This document shows positions 9,137-17,877 of a stretch of DNA of 64,000 bases, piece after piece. A program made the position numbers and the translations under genes. Source of the stretch: a virus; IMG/VR virus record IMGVR_UViG_3300012204_000007, positions 1 to 64,000 of that record; one strand, 5' to 3'. The stretch's first letter is position 1, and each line of letters begins with the position of its first letter. Under the pieces are notes generated by a model. The model searched no databases, had not been told where the DNA came from, and saw only the letters and a program-made list of their open reading frames with translations.

Positions 9137-9586
9137 ATGTTCTTTGTAGATAAGTATGGCGACCCTCGTTTGGGTCGCATCGCCGCTGTAGTAAGTGTAG
9201 TAGTCATCGTTCTCCCGCTCACTCTTTGGGGTGCTAAGGTTGCGCTATCTGACCTATTCGGTCAGGGTAATGCAATCATTAAGAAGAATGATGCTACCAA
9301 CCGTATCAGCGCACAGGAGCGCTTTGAATCGCTTTATGCTGAGATTGTAAACGCCGATAGGCGTCTCGACGTTCTAAAAGACGCGTTAGACAATGACCCG
9401 TCATATACCAACAAGGTAAACTTCACTGGTGGGCAGACATACTGTCTCTCAGTGGTGGCAGATTATAACGCCGAAGCGCGTAAGTATTCTGCGCGTGACT
9501 TTAGGTCGTTCGACCTACCGGCCCAGATTGATAACTGGGACGAGACAACCGATTGCAAGCCCACTCCCGAAAGGAACAAGCAGTGA
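9137..9586 (+). CDS. membrane-anchored hypothetical protein
   Basis: N-terminal TM helix; AGGA RBS. Confidence 0.8.
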   Translation: MFFVDKYGDPRLGRIAAVVSVVVIVLPLTLWGAKVALSDLFGQGNAIIKKNDATNRISAQERFESLYAEIVNADRRLDVLKDALDNDPSYTNKVNFTGGQTYCLSVVADYNAEARKYSARDFRSFDLPAQIDNWDETTDCKPTPERNKQ

Positions 9587-10107
9587 AGAGATTAGTAGGA
9601 GCGATAGTCGCAGTAGTATTGGCTGTTTCAGTCGCCGCGTGTAGTGAAACACACAAGTCAACCGCGCAATCCGAGGGTCAGAAGTTGACCGAACAAGCCT
9701 TTGAGCAGCAGTCAAAGGCAGTGCCCTATCCGGCTGACCAGATGAAGGACTCTCAGGAACGACGCAACCTTCGCGAGCGCCTGCTGCGTACCAATGACCC
9801 TGATGCCATTGGATATGTTTATCTCCTGAACTTTGGCAAGATTTTTGGATATTACACCATCAAGGGCAAGGTATCCAGCACGCAGTCACAGATGACTACC
9901 GACCAACTTCTTGTAAAGGCAGACTACGGCGAGGGCTGGGAGTCGCAGGTAGTTAATGCTCCTGGCGACGACGGTAGTTACGGTGCCAACGAAGATGGTG
10001 TCTTCTTCTTCACCACTGAGGGCGCGTTTGTAACGACCAATCTGGAATACGTCTGGTCCGACCAGACTCTCCCGTTTGATGTACCGGAGTTGAACTCCAC
10101 GAAGTAG
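9583..10107 (+). CDS. lipoprotein
   Basis: GTG start overlapping upstream stop; lipobox VAAC. Confidence 0.8.
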   Translation: MKRLVGAIVAVVLAVSVAACSETHKSTAQSEGQKLTEQAFEQQSKAVPYPADQMKDSQERRNLRERLLRTNDPDAIGYVYLLNFGKIFGYYTIKGKVSSTQSQMTTDQLLVKADYGEGWESQVVNAPGDDGSYGANEDGVFFFTTEGAFVTTNLEYVWSDQTLPFDVPELNSTK

Positions 10108-10166
10108 TGTGCTATACTAAGTCGTGAGGTAGTAACGGACAGTTCCGTCAAACGCCTCATGCTCTT

Positions 10167-10237
10167 GGCCCGTTCGTTTATTGGTAGGACCGCTGTTTTT
10201 CAGGCAGCAGAAGAGAGTTCGATTCTCTCACGGGCTA
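10167..10237 (+). tRNA. tRNA-Glu(TTC)
   Basis: loop TTTTCAG. Confidence 0.9.
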
Positions 10238-10360
10238 CAATTCAAGACTAGGTACCGCCCGGTAAGCGGTTAGATAACTGGAAAAGTAGGATACCAGCCG
10301 ATTTTGATTTGGTTAGCAAATCATATCTGTCCCCGAACACCAATTAAAGCCTAGTCGCCT

Positions 10361-10431
10361 TCGGTATAGATGTAATGGTTGCATGCAAACTTGCCAAGTT
10401 TGTCGAACGGGTCCGATTCCCGTATACCGGA
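10361..10431 (+). tRNA. tRNA-Gly(GCC)
   Basis: CAAAC-TTGCCAA-GTTTG; T-loop TCCGATT. Confidence 0.85.
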
Positions 10432-10459
10432 CGTAAATAACTAAAGAATAGGATTATTA

Positions 10460-11026
10460 ATGATTCAAAGAATTCGTAGGGCAATTGTTGTATCATTAGC
10501 GATATTTGCTTTTACAATGCTAGAGATTGTTTTCTTTGTATTGCCAAACACAGGCAACAACAGCGCGGCAATCGACCGAGTTATAGAAGCGCCGGTAGCA
10601 AAGGTAGCATACACATGTACCTGGGATACCATGACAGCCAAAGACTTTGATTATAATGAAGTCTTTTTAACTGAATTTTACACCAGATTCAAGACAGTAA
10701 CTCATTATAAGCACTGTGTGAGTCCCATCAATCACTACGATATTGTCACTAGAACTGTAGCATCAGTTACAGAACTAAAGTCAAAGAGTTGTGATGGCCG
10801 TACTGGTTATGACATTAATCCTGGCACGCTGAGTGGGCAGAACTTGGTCACCCACCACTGGGGATGTAACCCGGGCCAACAAACTTATTGGCATACATAT
10901 TATTGGAATGATATGTATGTGCATACCAGTAATCCCGATAGATGCATGGGATTCGATTGGAGAATCTATAACAATGGTATTATTAAGGATACTACCGGAA
11001 CCGCTCCGGTGGCGTGTTTGGGCTAG
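10460..11026 (+). CDS. secreted/membrane-anchored Cys-rich hypothetical protein
   Basis: N-terminal hydrophobic segment, six Cys. Confidence 0.75.
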   Translation: MIQRIRRAIVVSLAIFAFTMLEIVFFVLPNTGNNSAAIDRVIEAPVAKVAYTCTWDTMTAKDFDYNEVFLTEFYTRFKTVTHYKHCVSPINHYDIVTRTVASVTELKSKSCDGRTGYDINPGTLSGQNLVTHHWGCNPGQQTYWHTYYWNDMYVHTSNPDRCMGFDWRIYNNGIIKDTTGTAPVACLG

Positions 11027-11065
11027 GGCTTGACATACCGGCCCCGGTAGTGTAGAGTAGTACTT

Positions 11066-11856
11066 GTTGGTGGGCGAAGCCGCACCAACCAAATTATTCT
11101 AAAAATAAATAATGAAACAACGTCGTCTGGGACGATATGGTTGGGTGACCAACTGAAAGGAGGGCTGGCAGCCTTCCACCTAGCAATAGGCAAATCCAGA
11201 CAAGGCTAGTCTTTAGGCAATCGTTACGGCGGTTGTAGGAGAACAAAGCAGCCCCGTCCGAGAGCATCTGCGGAGGACACCCGGTAGGGTAAAAGGGAAT
11301 ACATGCGAAACTCCAATAGACTAAGTGAGATACTAAGTGCGAGGCTGCAACCAAGTGCGGGTATCATGAAACCATAGTGGGGATAGACATATCCTGACAA
11401 CGGTCACAGATTGTGAGTAGTCGCAAGCGAAAGCATATGATGGAGTGAAGCATTTTGTAATCCAAAAGGTTACGGAACTTCATGGAGAAGCACTTCGTCT
11501 GCCAAACCCCTAGCGGGACGGGTTGCCCCGCTCTTTTAATATGGATATACTAAAGCAAAAGACTTCTCCCGTCACAAGTCGATAGCGTCTTAATGGCTGA
11601 CCGTAAGGAATCAGCCCACGAGGAAGGCCGCAAGCCCAATCGTGTTGGTGTGCAAGTAGTGCAGTTTAGAGATTTAGCGGTCTCTCTACGAAACAAAAGC
11701 AGCCGAGTAGACTGTGATGTAAAGGGTGCTGGCCTTAAGCCAGTAGACGCGGTTCGTACGGTAGGAATACCGTGGATACGTTGGGAATCAATAATCCAAC
11801 CAAAGCGAATCATGTATGGGTTGAGTCCAGGCCCACACAACGCTCCCTCGGGAGCG
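11066..11856 (+). ncRNA. large structured RNA, GOLLD-like
   Basis: about 790 nt without a credible ORF, own promoter, many GNRA-capped hairpins, within tRNA cluster. Confidence 0.65.
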
Positions 11857-11859
11857 CAA

Positions 11860-11926
11860 GCCGGTGGCAGGTTGCAAAGATTCTCTCATAAGGAATCTGA
11901 CTAGGGTTCGTTTCCCTTCGCCGGTA
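11860..11926 (+). ncRNA. truncated-D-arm tRNA-like RNA, anticodon CAT
   Basis: GCCGGTG/CGCCGGT, 7-bp stem AGATTCT-CTCATAA-GGAATCT, T arm. Confidence 0.65.
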
Positions 11927-11927
11927 C

Positions 11928-12003
11928 AGCGCGGTGGTCTAGTTCGGTCTAGGACATGAGGCTCATAATCTCAAGGACGCCGGTTCGAATCCGGCCTGCG
12001 CAA
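11928..12003 (+). tRNA. tRNA-Met(CAT), probably initiator
   Basis: 1:72 mismatch, loop CTCATAA. Confidence 0.85.
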
Positions 12004-12072
12004 CTACTAACAACAGTTAGGAAAAATATGCAGACCCAATGGAGCAAGACACGACATGGTGGTCTGCGCCGC

Positions 12073-12172
12073 ACGCGGGTACCTCAGAAGTATGATGAAG
12101 CGAAAGCGGAGTCAGGGCCAGAGGACCTCCGTCACACGGAGGCAGTCGTTGGTTCGAATCCATCCCCGCGTA
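12073..12172 (+). tRNA. tRNA-Val(CAC) with 35-nt D-loop
   Basis: ACGCGGG/CCCGCGT, D stem CCTC/GAGG, CCTCC-GTCACAC-GGAGG. Confidence 0.75.
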
Positions 12173-12198
12173 CTTTTATTATAAAGTTTAAAGAAAGA

Positions 12199-12567
12199 TT
12201 GGGACTTCCCACCTGTCCATATCTTGTAAGATGGAGATTGGAAACAAAGTGGGGTTCAGTCAGATTGCATCATTGGCTTGGTCCAGACGACAGTAGAAAC
12301 TTTCACGACCATCCCTGGGACTTTGTCACCTTTGTTCTAAAGGGAGGATATACAGATAGCAACCCGAACGGCAAGCAGCATCTAAAGGCACCAGCAGTTC
12401 AATATCGCTCAGCCATTCATCAACACACAGTTTTTCCTGATAGCAAAGGCGCATGGACCTTGGTCTTTACTGGACCGAAGATTAGGCCGTGGGGATTTTG
12501 GGTGACCGGTAAATTCAAGAAGGCTAATAAATACTTTCTTTCATACGGTCATCATCCGTGTGATTGA
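12199..12567 (+). CDS. cupin-fold protein
   Basis: HDHPWDF..VLKGGY..H.V..WTLVFTGP; start uncertain (TTG after tRNA). Confidence 0.7.
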   Translation: MGLPTCPYLVRWRLETKWGSVRLHHWLGPDDSRNFHDHPWDFVTFVLKGGYTDSNPNGKQHLKAPAVQYRSAIHQHTVFPDSKGAWTLVFTGPKIRPWGFWVTGKFKKANKYFLSYGHHPCD

Positions 12568-12602
12568 CAGAACTACATTGAAGTAGTATAATTAAATATC
12601 AT

Positions 12603-12684
12603 GCGTTAGTTAGACAGGTGGTGTGTCTAGCAGGCTGTAACCCTGTAGCCATTGGCATTGGAGGTTCGATTCCTCTCTAGCGCA
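12603..12684 (+). tRNA. tRNA-Tyr(GTA)
   Basis: loop CTGTAAC, long variable arm. Confidence 0.9.
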
Positions 12685-12758
12685 CAGAAGGTGTAAATTC
12701 CCACGAGGTATCTGGAAGCAGTTACAATTCTGCGCATGGGGTGCATAAAAATTGTTGA

Positions 12759-12829
12759 TGACCAAAGCGTAGGCTGTGTCGGCGTGGCTGTAAACCACCT
12801 CCGTTCGGGTTCGAATCCCGGTTGGTCAA
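12759..12829 (+). tRNA. tRNA-Tyr(GTA), short variable loop, poor D arm
   Basis: TGACCAA/TTGGTCA, loop CTGTAAA. Confidence 0.65.
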
Positions 12830-12830
12830 C

Positions 12831-12969
12831 ATGAATAATATAAAATGTTTTGGCATACCGGCAACGCCTTTCAAATTGTCATCGAAATCGTACACACTTA
12901 CGCGCTAGAAACAATATAGATGCTAAATATGAGACTGGTGTAGAAATATCAGAATATTATAGGAAATGA
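12831..12969 (+). pseudogene. HNH endonuclease C-terminal remnant
   Basis: SNCHRNRTHLR encoded from 12871, out of frame with ATG 12831. Confidence 0.5.
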
Positions 12970-12979
12970 GCAATGGTAA

Positions 12980-13948
12980 ATGCCAGAGGGAATTGATGTA
13001 AGTAAGTATCAAGGAACAATCAACTGGGCGTCTGTAAAGACGGCCGGTAAGCAATTTGCAGTAGCAAGATGTACCATTGGTATGTCAACCAAAGATGCTA
13101 CATTCGCAACTAACTATCAGCGTATTGTGAATAATGGTTTGATACCGGGCGCATATCATTTATTGACTGGTGACTCTACCGGTGCCCAGCAGGCTGCAAA
13201 TATCAAGGATTCATTGGACGCGGCAGGCTTTAATAAAGGACTGCTTGTCCTTGATGTTGAGGGATGGAGCGGAACCACCACGACCCCCAAAGAAACACTC
13301 TTGGCCAATATAGAATATCTATGTAACTGGATTAGAGATACATATAAGCGGACGCCAATTATCTATACCGGCGCCTTTTGGAGAGATTATCTAAAACAGC
13401 CAATAGATAACTTTGGTAGTAAGTTGTGGCTGGCGGCATATGTGAGCGACCCCGACCCATATGTTCCTGTTGCCTGGGCAACCTATAAGATTTGGCAGTA
13501 TTCATCAACGGGGGCGGTAAGTGGAATTACCGGAAATGTAGACCTAGATAAAAGCGTCGGCACTTTGAATTCACTCAAGATGTTGGCAGGATGGGAATGG
13601 GACGAATTGGCTACACAAGAAGAAGTCCGCGCGGTAGTGGCGGATGAGGTAAACAAGGCAATAACAGCATTACGGTCATCTGACCTGTCTGTACAGGCGG
13701 CACTCGTTGATAAACTCAATGAAGTAGTATCGGGTATAGAGGCTGTTGCAAATGCTGAGGTAAACACCAAGGCGTCTGTGGTAGATGCACGTACTACTAT
13801 TCTAGATAAGATTGATGCAACATCGGCAATTCTTACTGCTCTTAGCAGGTCGCTAGCAAACGAGGATGCATTAGATATTCTAGAACTTCAAACAAAGTTG
13901 GATACTCTGCATGCTCACGTATGTCAAAGAGTAGACCTGCATATTTAA
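12980..13948 (+). CDS. endolysin, GH25 muramidase with helical C-terminal region
   Basis: GIDVSKYQG, GAYH, LDVE, IWQYSS..G..GNVDLD. Confidence 0.9.
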   Translation: MPEGIDVSKYQGTINWASVKTAGKQFAVARCTIGMSTKDATFATNYQRIVNNGLIPGAYHLLTGDSTGAQQAANIKDSLDAAGFNKGLLVLDVEGWSGTTTTPKETLLANIEYLCNWIRDTYKRTPIIYTGAFWRDYLKQPIDNFGSKLWLAAYVSDPDPYVPVAWATYKIWQYSSTGAVSGITGNVDLDKSVGTLNSLKMLAGWEWDELATQEEVRAVVADEVNKAITALRSSDLSVQAALVDKLNEVVSGIEAVANAEVNTKASVVDARTTILDKIDATSAILTALSRSLANEDALDILELQTKLDTLHAHVCQRVDLHI

Positions 13949-13967
13949 GGTATGCTATACTGAAAAT

Positions 13968-15062
13968 ATGACTACTAGGACAGAAGCAATTACCGCGCTA
14001 GACTCTTATGCTGATACAGTTTATACCGCCGCCAGGGCGGAGCAAAAGGCTCTAGACCAAGTAACGATTGACGACTTGAACTCCCAAGTAACATCATTGA
14101 CCAATGATGTTTCTATGCTCAACATCACAATTGCAAACTTGAATCAACAGATTGTTGATTTGAAAGCACAAATTGATGCATTAACCGCGCCAGAACTTAT
14201 TGAGTTCTCTAACTTTGCAGTACAGTGGTCCGGTATCTTTCTAGATGCAAAATCACTACTAGGTAAAGGCGTCAGTAAAACTATATATCAGATGAAACCC
14301 CTAACCTCAACGAAGGCCGATGCTGTTAATGCTCTAACGAGCGGACAATCAAATCTATGTCTTTTAGTACGCAGTGGCGGGCTAGATTCTAGTCACATCT
14401 ACAGCGGTATCGAGATTGGTGATTTTACTCTTCGCGGTACGAATCAGGGTCATAACTATGGCGGTTTGAATGTTGGTTACTCTACCGGCGCATATTTACA
14501 TGATTTGAAGATTACTGGAATTCCAGGGTCTTCATCAAGTCCTCCCGGCGAGACATTTGCACTTGGCGCATGGCATGCTAACGGCTATCGCTATGAGGAT
14601 ATTATCCTAGATGGCCGCGATAGCGCCGGTATAAAGGTGTCTGCAAGTCTATTAGGTATCAACTCAAGTCTTACCGGCACAGTTAGAAGGTTGAAGTCTA
14701 ACTATGCTAAGTATGGATTTGGCGCGGCGCTGTGGGATAGTAAAGATTTGACATTTGTTGACTGTGATTTCAGATACAACCGTAAGGCTATTAATATCGA
14801 AGAGTCTCGCGGCGGGTACTATACCTTTACAAGGTGCGATTTCCGTGGTACCACTGGCGCAGCCTACATCGCGCAGGTATCCAGTACAAAGGCATCATCA
14901 AAGGTGACATTCAATGACTGTGTCTTTGACAACGACTTGTGCAAAGTATTGACTTACCCAGGTCAGACCAACGGAAAGCAGTTGGATTCAGATATCAAGC
15001 GCTTCATTAATGGCGTAGATGTTACCTCGGATGCAACCAAGTTCCAAATTGTACACCCTTGA
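13968..15062 (+). CDS. coiled-coil plus parallel beta-helix (pectin-lyase-like) protein
   Basis: heptad N-terminus; repeats such as TFVDCDFR, TFTRCDFR, TFNDCVF. Confidence 0.65.
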   Translation: MTTRTEAITALDSYADTVYTAARAEQKALDQVTIDDLNSQVTSLTNDVSMLNITIANLNQQIVDLKAQIDALTAPELIEFSNFAVQWSGIFLDAKSLLGKGVSKTIYQMKPLTSTKADAVNALTSGQSNLCLLVRSGGLDSSHIYSGIEIGDFTLRGTNQGHNYGGLNVGYSTGAYLHDLKITGIPGSSSSPPGETFALGAWHANGYRYEDIILDGRDSAGIKVSASLLGINSSLTGTVRRLKSNYAKYGFGAALWDSKDLTFVDCDFRYNRKAINIEESRGGYYTFTRCDFRGTTGAAYIAQVSSTKASSKVTFNDCVFDNDLCKVLTYPGQTNGKQLDSDIKRFINGVDVTSDATKFQIVHP

Positions 15063-15068
15063 TTTAAC

Positions 15069-15140
15069 GCGACGTTAGCATATCGGCTATGCACTACCCT
15101 CCTGAGGTAGATTAGATGGGTTCGACTCCCATACGTCGCA
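15069..15140 (+). tRNA. tRNA-Arg(CCT)
   Basis: CTACC-CTCCTGA-GGTAG. Confidence 0.9.
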
Positions 15141-15222
15141 CGCGGAGCCCGTAAGGGATGGAGGCATGCGCAACCCATGGATAAGCGTATGGTTTAATGG
15201 TTGAAATATCACTCCGCTCCAA

Positions 15223-15297
15223 GTCTCTATGGTCCAAAGGACACGACAACTTCCTCCTAAGAAGTGAATTTCAGTTCGATTCTGAATAGGGACACCA
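15223..15297 (+). tRNA. tRNA-Arg(CCT)
   Basis: ACTTC-CTCCTAA-GAAGT, encoded CCA. Confidence 0.9.
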
Positions 15298-15442
15298 GGG
15301 GTATGCCAACGGCGAGTAACCTAAAAAGGAGTCATGACCTGAGTAAGAAGACCTCGGAGCAACGGATTACTAGTGTCCATCTGCTGAGAGCAACGTGGCC
15401 GTAAACCACGTGGATGTGGGTTCGAATCCTGCCCCCTGAACC
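15295..15442 (+). ncRNA. tRNA-like RNA (GTA) with about 85-nt domain in place of the D arm
   Basis: CAGGGG/CCCCTG acceptor, ACGTGG-CCGTAAA-CCACGT, T arm, ACCA end. Confidence 0.65.
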
Positions 15443-15624
15443 ACTTGATTGAGACGCAGCGATGTGCTACACTAGATATGAGGCCACCGAGAGATGGCTG
15501 GGGTAATCAATCCCACGAAAGGTCGTCGCTGACCTGTAGTAGAGAACAAAACTCTTTAAATTGGAAAAGTCCTGTTGAACACTAGACACCGTGGGACGCG
15601 CACGATTAGGTGTTACAGGCACAT

Positions 15625-16013
15625 GGGGCCGTCATGGTTTCGCCTCGGTGCAAAATGAGATAGGTACGCAACCAGAGTTAAGATGTGCCAGACTCTTAAA
15701 ACGGGTATATCAACAATAAATGCTAACTATTCTGTAGTTGCAGAGGCTGAGGCAATTCTTGCCGAGGCCGCTCTAGTCACTGCGTGACTGGTGGGGTTCT
15801 AGATACCTTATTAACCAAATCTAGATAGCAATAACCGACAGTGCGACGGCGGTATAGAAATAGATTTGTATTGAAGGCACAATTGAAAATGCTATTGGTA
15901 TAGGTGGTCTCCCTAGTCACCAGCATAGAGCGAAGACTTAATGACCAAAATGGTTGTGATACGGATTTATTTTCTGAGTATTGAGTACGGGAGTTCGAAT
16001 CTCCCCGGCTCCA
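15625..16013 (+). ncRNA. ssrA: tmRNA
   Basis: GGGGCCG..GGTTTCG 5' end, T arm plus CGGCTCCA 3' end (G3:U), tag frame 15722-15787 ANYSVVAEAEAILAEAALVTA. Confidence 0.92.
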
Positions 16014-16030
16014 CAGATTAAGGAGGACCA

Positions 16031-16486
16031 TTGGAAATTATTCATAAGAGTGTTCAAGATTTAAACAAGATTGAATACCGCGCATGCTATGCTGCTAACC
16101 TTGGCTATGAAGGATATATGCGAGATGAACTTGTTTTATGTAGGAATGGTCGTACCGGTCAAGTAATTATGTTATGGGATGGACCTTCTGATACCGCCCG
16201 GTCGCTCATCGGTTGGGCATTACTAACGCCGGTAAGACTATATGGAATGATTGCCGCGACAAGATGGGTTAAGTATCGTTCAAAGTTTACTGTTGAGTTC
16301 TGGGTAAAGAAAAAGTATCGTAAAAAGGGATATGGAAAGATACTCATGGCCGAGGTTAAGAAACTGGATGATAACCCACATGTATTTCCACATGATACGG
16401 CCTCAGCAGAGTTCTTTAGTAGTTACAAGTGTCAGGTGCTACAGATTGACAAACATCACATGCGGCCTAAGCCGCAAATTGCATAG
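16031..16486 (+). CDS. GNAT-family acetyltransferase
   Basis: motif A VKKKYRKKGYGKILM. Confidence 0.75.
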   Translation: MEIIHKSVQDLNKIEYRACYAANLGYEGYMRDELVLCRNGRTGQVIMLWDGPSDTARSLIGWALLTPVRLYGMIAATRWVKYRSKFTVEFWVKKKYRKKGYGKILMAEVKKLDDNPHVFPHDTASAEFFSSYKCQVLQIDKHHMRPKPQIA

Positions 16487-16506
16487 GATTATGGTATAAT
16501 ATCAAT

Positions 16507-17226
16507 ATGAGATTTAAAGTATTCACTGGCAACTACTATGTACTTAATGAGCAACCAATAAAGGACGCTCTTCTCCTGCCGACGCTCCACTGTGACGTAT
16601 ATGGCATTCAGGAGGGACAGGGCGGTAATGCGCAGAAGATTAGAAATACTCTGAAAAATCTGTTTACAACCTTCTGGGGAACAAGTGCTAATAAAGATAT
16701 TCAACGAGCGATGATTGATGTTCCCGTTGTTGTGGACAAAGATATTGATATTATTAAGATGTGGGCTCGTAAAGTCTGCGACCGCTCCCAAGAGAAGAAT
16801 ACCGGCGCGCCTCGTGCGGCGACGGTAGTTCGTCTACACAAACGCGGTAGAACAATCACCTTTATCAATACACATCTTAATGCTGGCGTACAAGATACTG
16901 GAACTAAACTACCTTTCTCTATGAAGATTAAGCGCATTTATGAGTATGCCAAGTCAATCGCTGTCTTGGAGTTGATGATACGAGCAGCACAGAGCCGTGG
17001 CGACCTAGTTGTATTGGTCGGAGACCTCAACTACTCAGTACAGAAATCAGGTATCTGGAAGTTCAGCCCACAGGCACTGTTCAATAGAACTAAGTTGAAC
17101 TTCAAGTCACACCATTACGACTATATTGCTTATAGCAGGCAGTTTGAGGCTAATGACTTTACTGTGATTCCTAGTTCGAAAACTGGTTCCGACCACGACT
17201 GGCTGACTCTGACACTGTTTGCTTGA
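16507..17226 (+). CDS. endonuclease/exonuclease/phosphatase (EEP) family protein
   Basis: TGN, IQE, NTHL, GDLN, DYI, SDH motifs. Confidence 0.85.
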   Translation: MRFKVFTGNYYVLNEQPIKDALLLPTLHCDVYGIQEGQGGNAQKIRNTLKNLFTTFWGTSANKDIQRAMIDVPVVVDKDIDIIKMWARKVCDRSQEKNTGAPRAATVVRLHKRGRTITFINTHLNAGVQDTGTKLPFSMKIKRIYEYAKSIAVLELMIRAAQSRGDLVVLVGDLNYSVQKSGIWKFSPQALFNRTKLNFKSHHYDYIAYSRQFEANDFTVIPSSKTGSDHDWLTLTLFA

Positions 17227-17339
17227 CACGCGGCTGTAGGTAGTGTATAGTAGTACTTGTTGGTCCGAGGGCGGGCGATGATAAGGCGGATATGGCCTGC
17301 TTTAGTTAGTAGGAACGATATCGTGTAGGACCAACGCAT

Positions 17340-17426
17340 TCTGGTTAGGGCACTGCTGGCTAGTGTCGATGCGCTGTTAACGCATTCGGTGAGACTCCGT
17401 CGTAGGTTCGATTCCTACAACCAGAG
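17340..17426 (+). tRNA. tRNA-Asn(GTT), long variable arm, 6-bp D stem
   Basis: ATGCG-CTGTTAA-CGCAT; CGG-TGAGACT-CCG variable arm. Confidence 0.8.
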
Positions 17427-17441
17427 CGCGATAAATAACAA

Positions 17442-17512
17442 TCTCCAATCGGTTAACGGCAAACCTACTCCCTGTTAAGGAGCGACTACTGGTTCGAATC
17501 CAGTTTGGAGAG
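17442..17512 (+). tRNA. tRNA-Asn(GTT)
   Basis: canonical cloverleaf, G73. Confidence 0.9.
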
Positions 17513-17516
17513 CAAC

Positions 17517-17711
17517 ATGGCACACAATTGGATTAAAGACGATGAAGGTAATATTGACTTCTGGGCTATGAATGACTTTGGAAGTCGTCACCATGGTCCT
17601 CATTGTAAGTTGTGTGATGTAAGATTCTGTATAGAGTGTAACCCAGAACTGTTGCAGTCTGACTGTTTCTGGTTTCGTGGTAAGGCCCCCGCTGGGGCCG
17701 GTGGTAATTAG
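17517..17711 (+). CDS. small Zn-finger-like protein
   Basis: H..HHGPHCKLC..FCIEC. Confidence 0.6.
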   Translation: MAHNWIKDDEGNIDFWAMNDFGSRHHGPHCKLCDVRFCIECNPELLQSDCFWFRGKAPAGAGGN

Positions 17712-17781
17712 GTGGCACTGGGAGCCACTGGTTTAATACTAGGCCGCTCAGGGGCATCCTGAGAAGCCTGGCAGCAATCAA

Positions 17782-17876
17782 GGGCAGTAGTTGGAAGGTA
17801 TCGCAGGTTCGATTCCTGCAATAGAGTGGTTCTTGGCTCGACGGAGCGCCAGAGGGTTCGACTCCCTCACTGTTCA
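17782..17876 (+). ncRNA. double-T-arm tRNA-like RNA 1
   Basis: GGGCAGT/ACTGTTC enclosing two TTCGA T arms. Confidence 0.55.
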
Positions 17877-17877
17877 C

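Noticed and set aside
11550-12198. ORFs 11593-11904, 11550-11840 and the 5' extension of 11956-12567
   Set aside because: They overlap structured RNA and tRNA genes, lack RBS and have non-protein-like composition
17721-17876. Y RNA (YrlA)
   Set aside because: Arm order does not fit the T-before-D arrangement and no Ro60 gene is in the window
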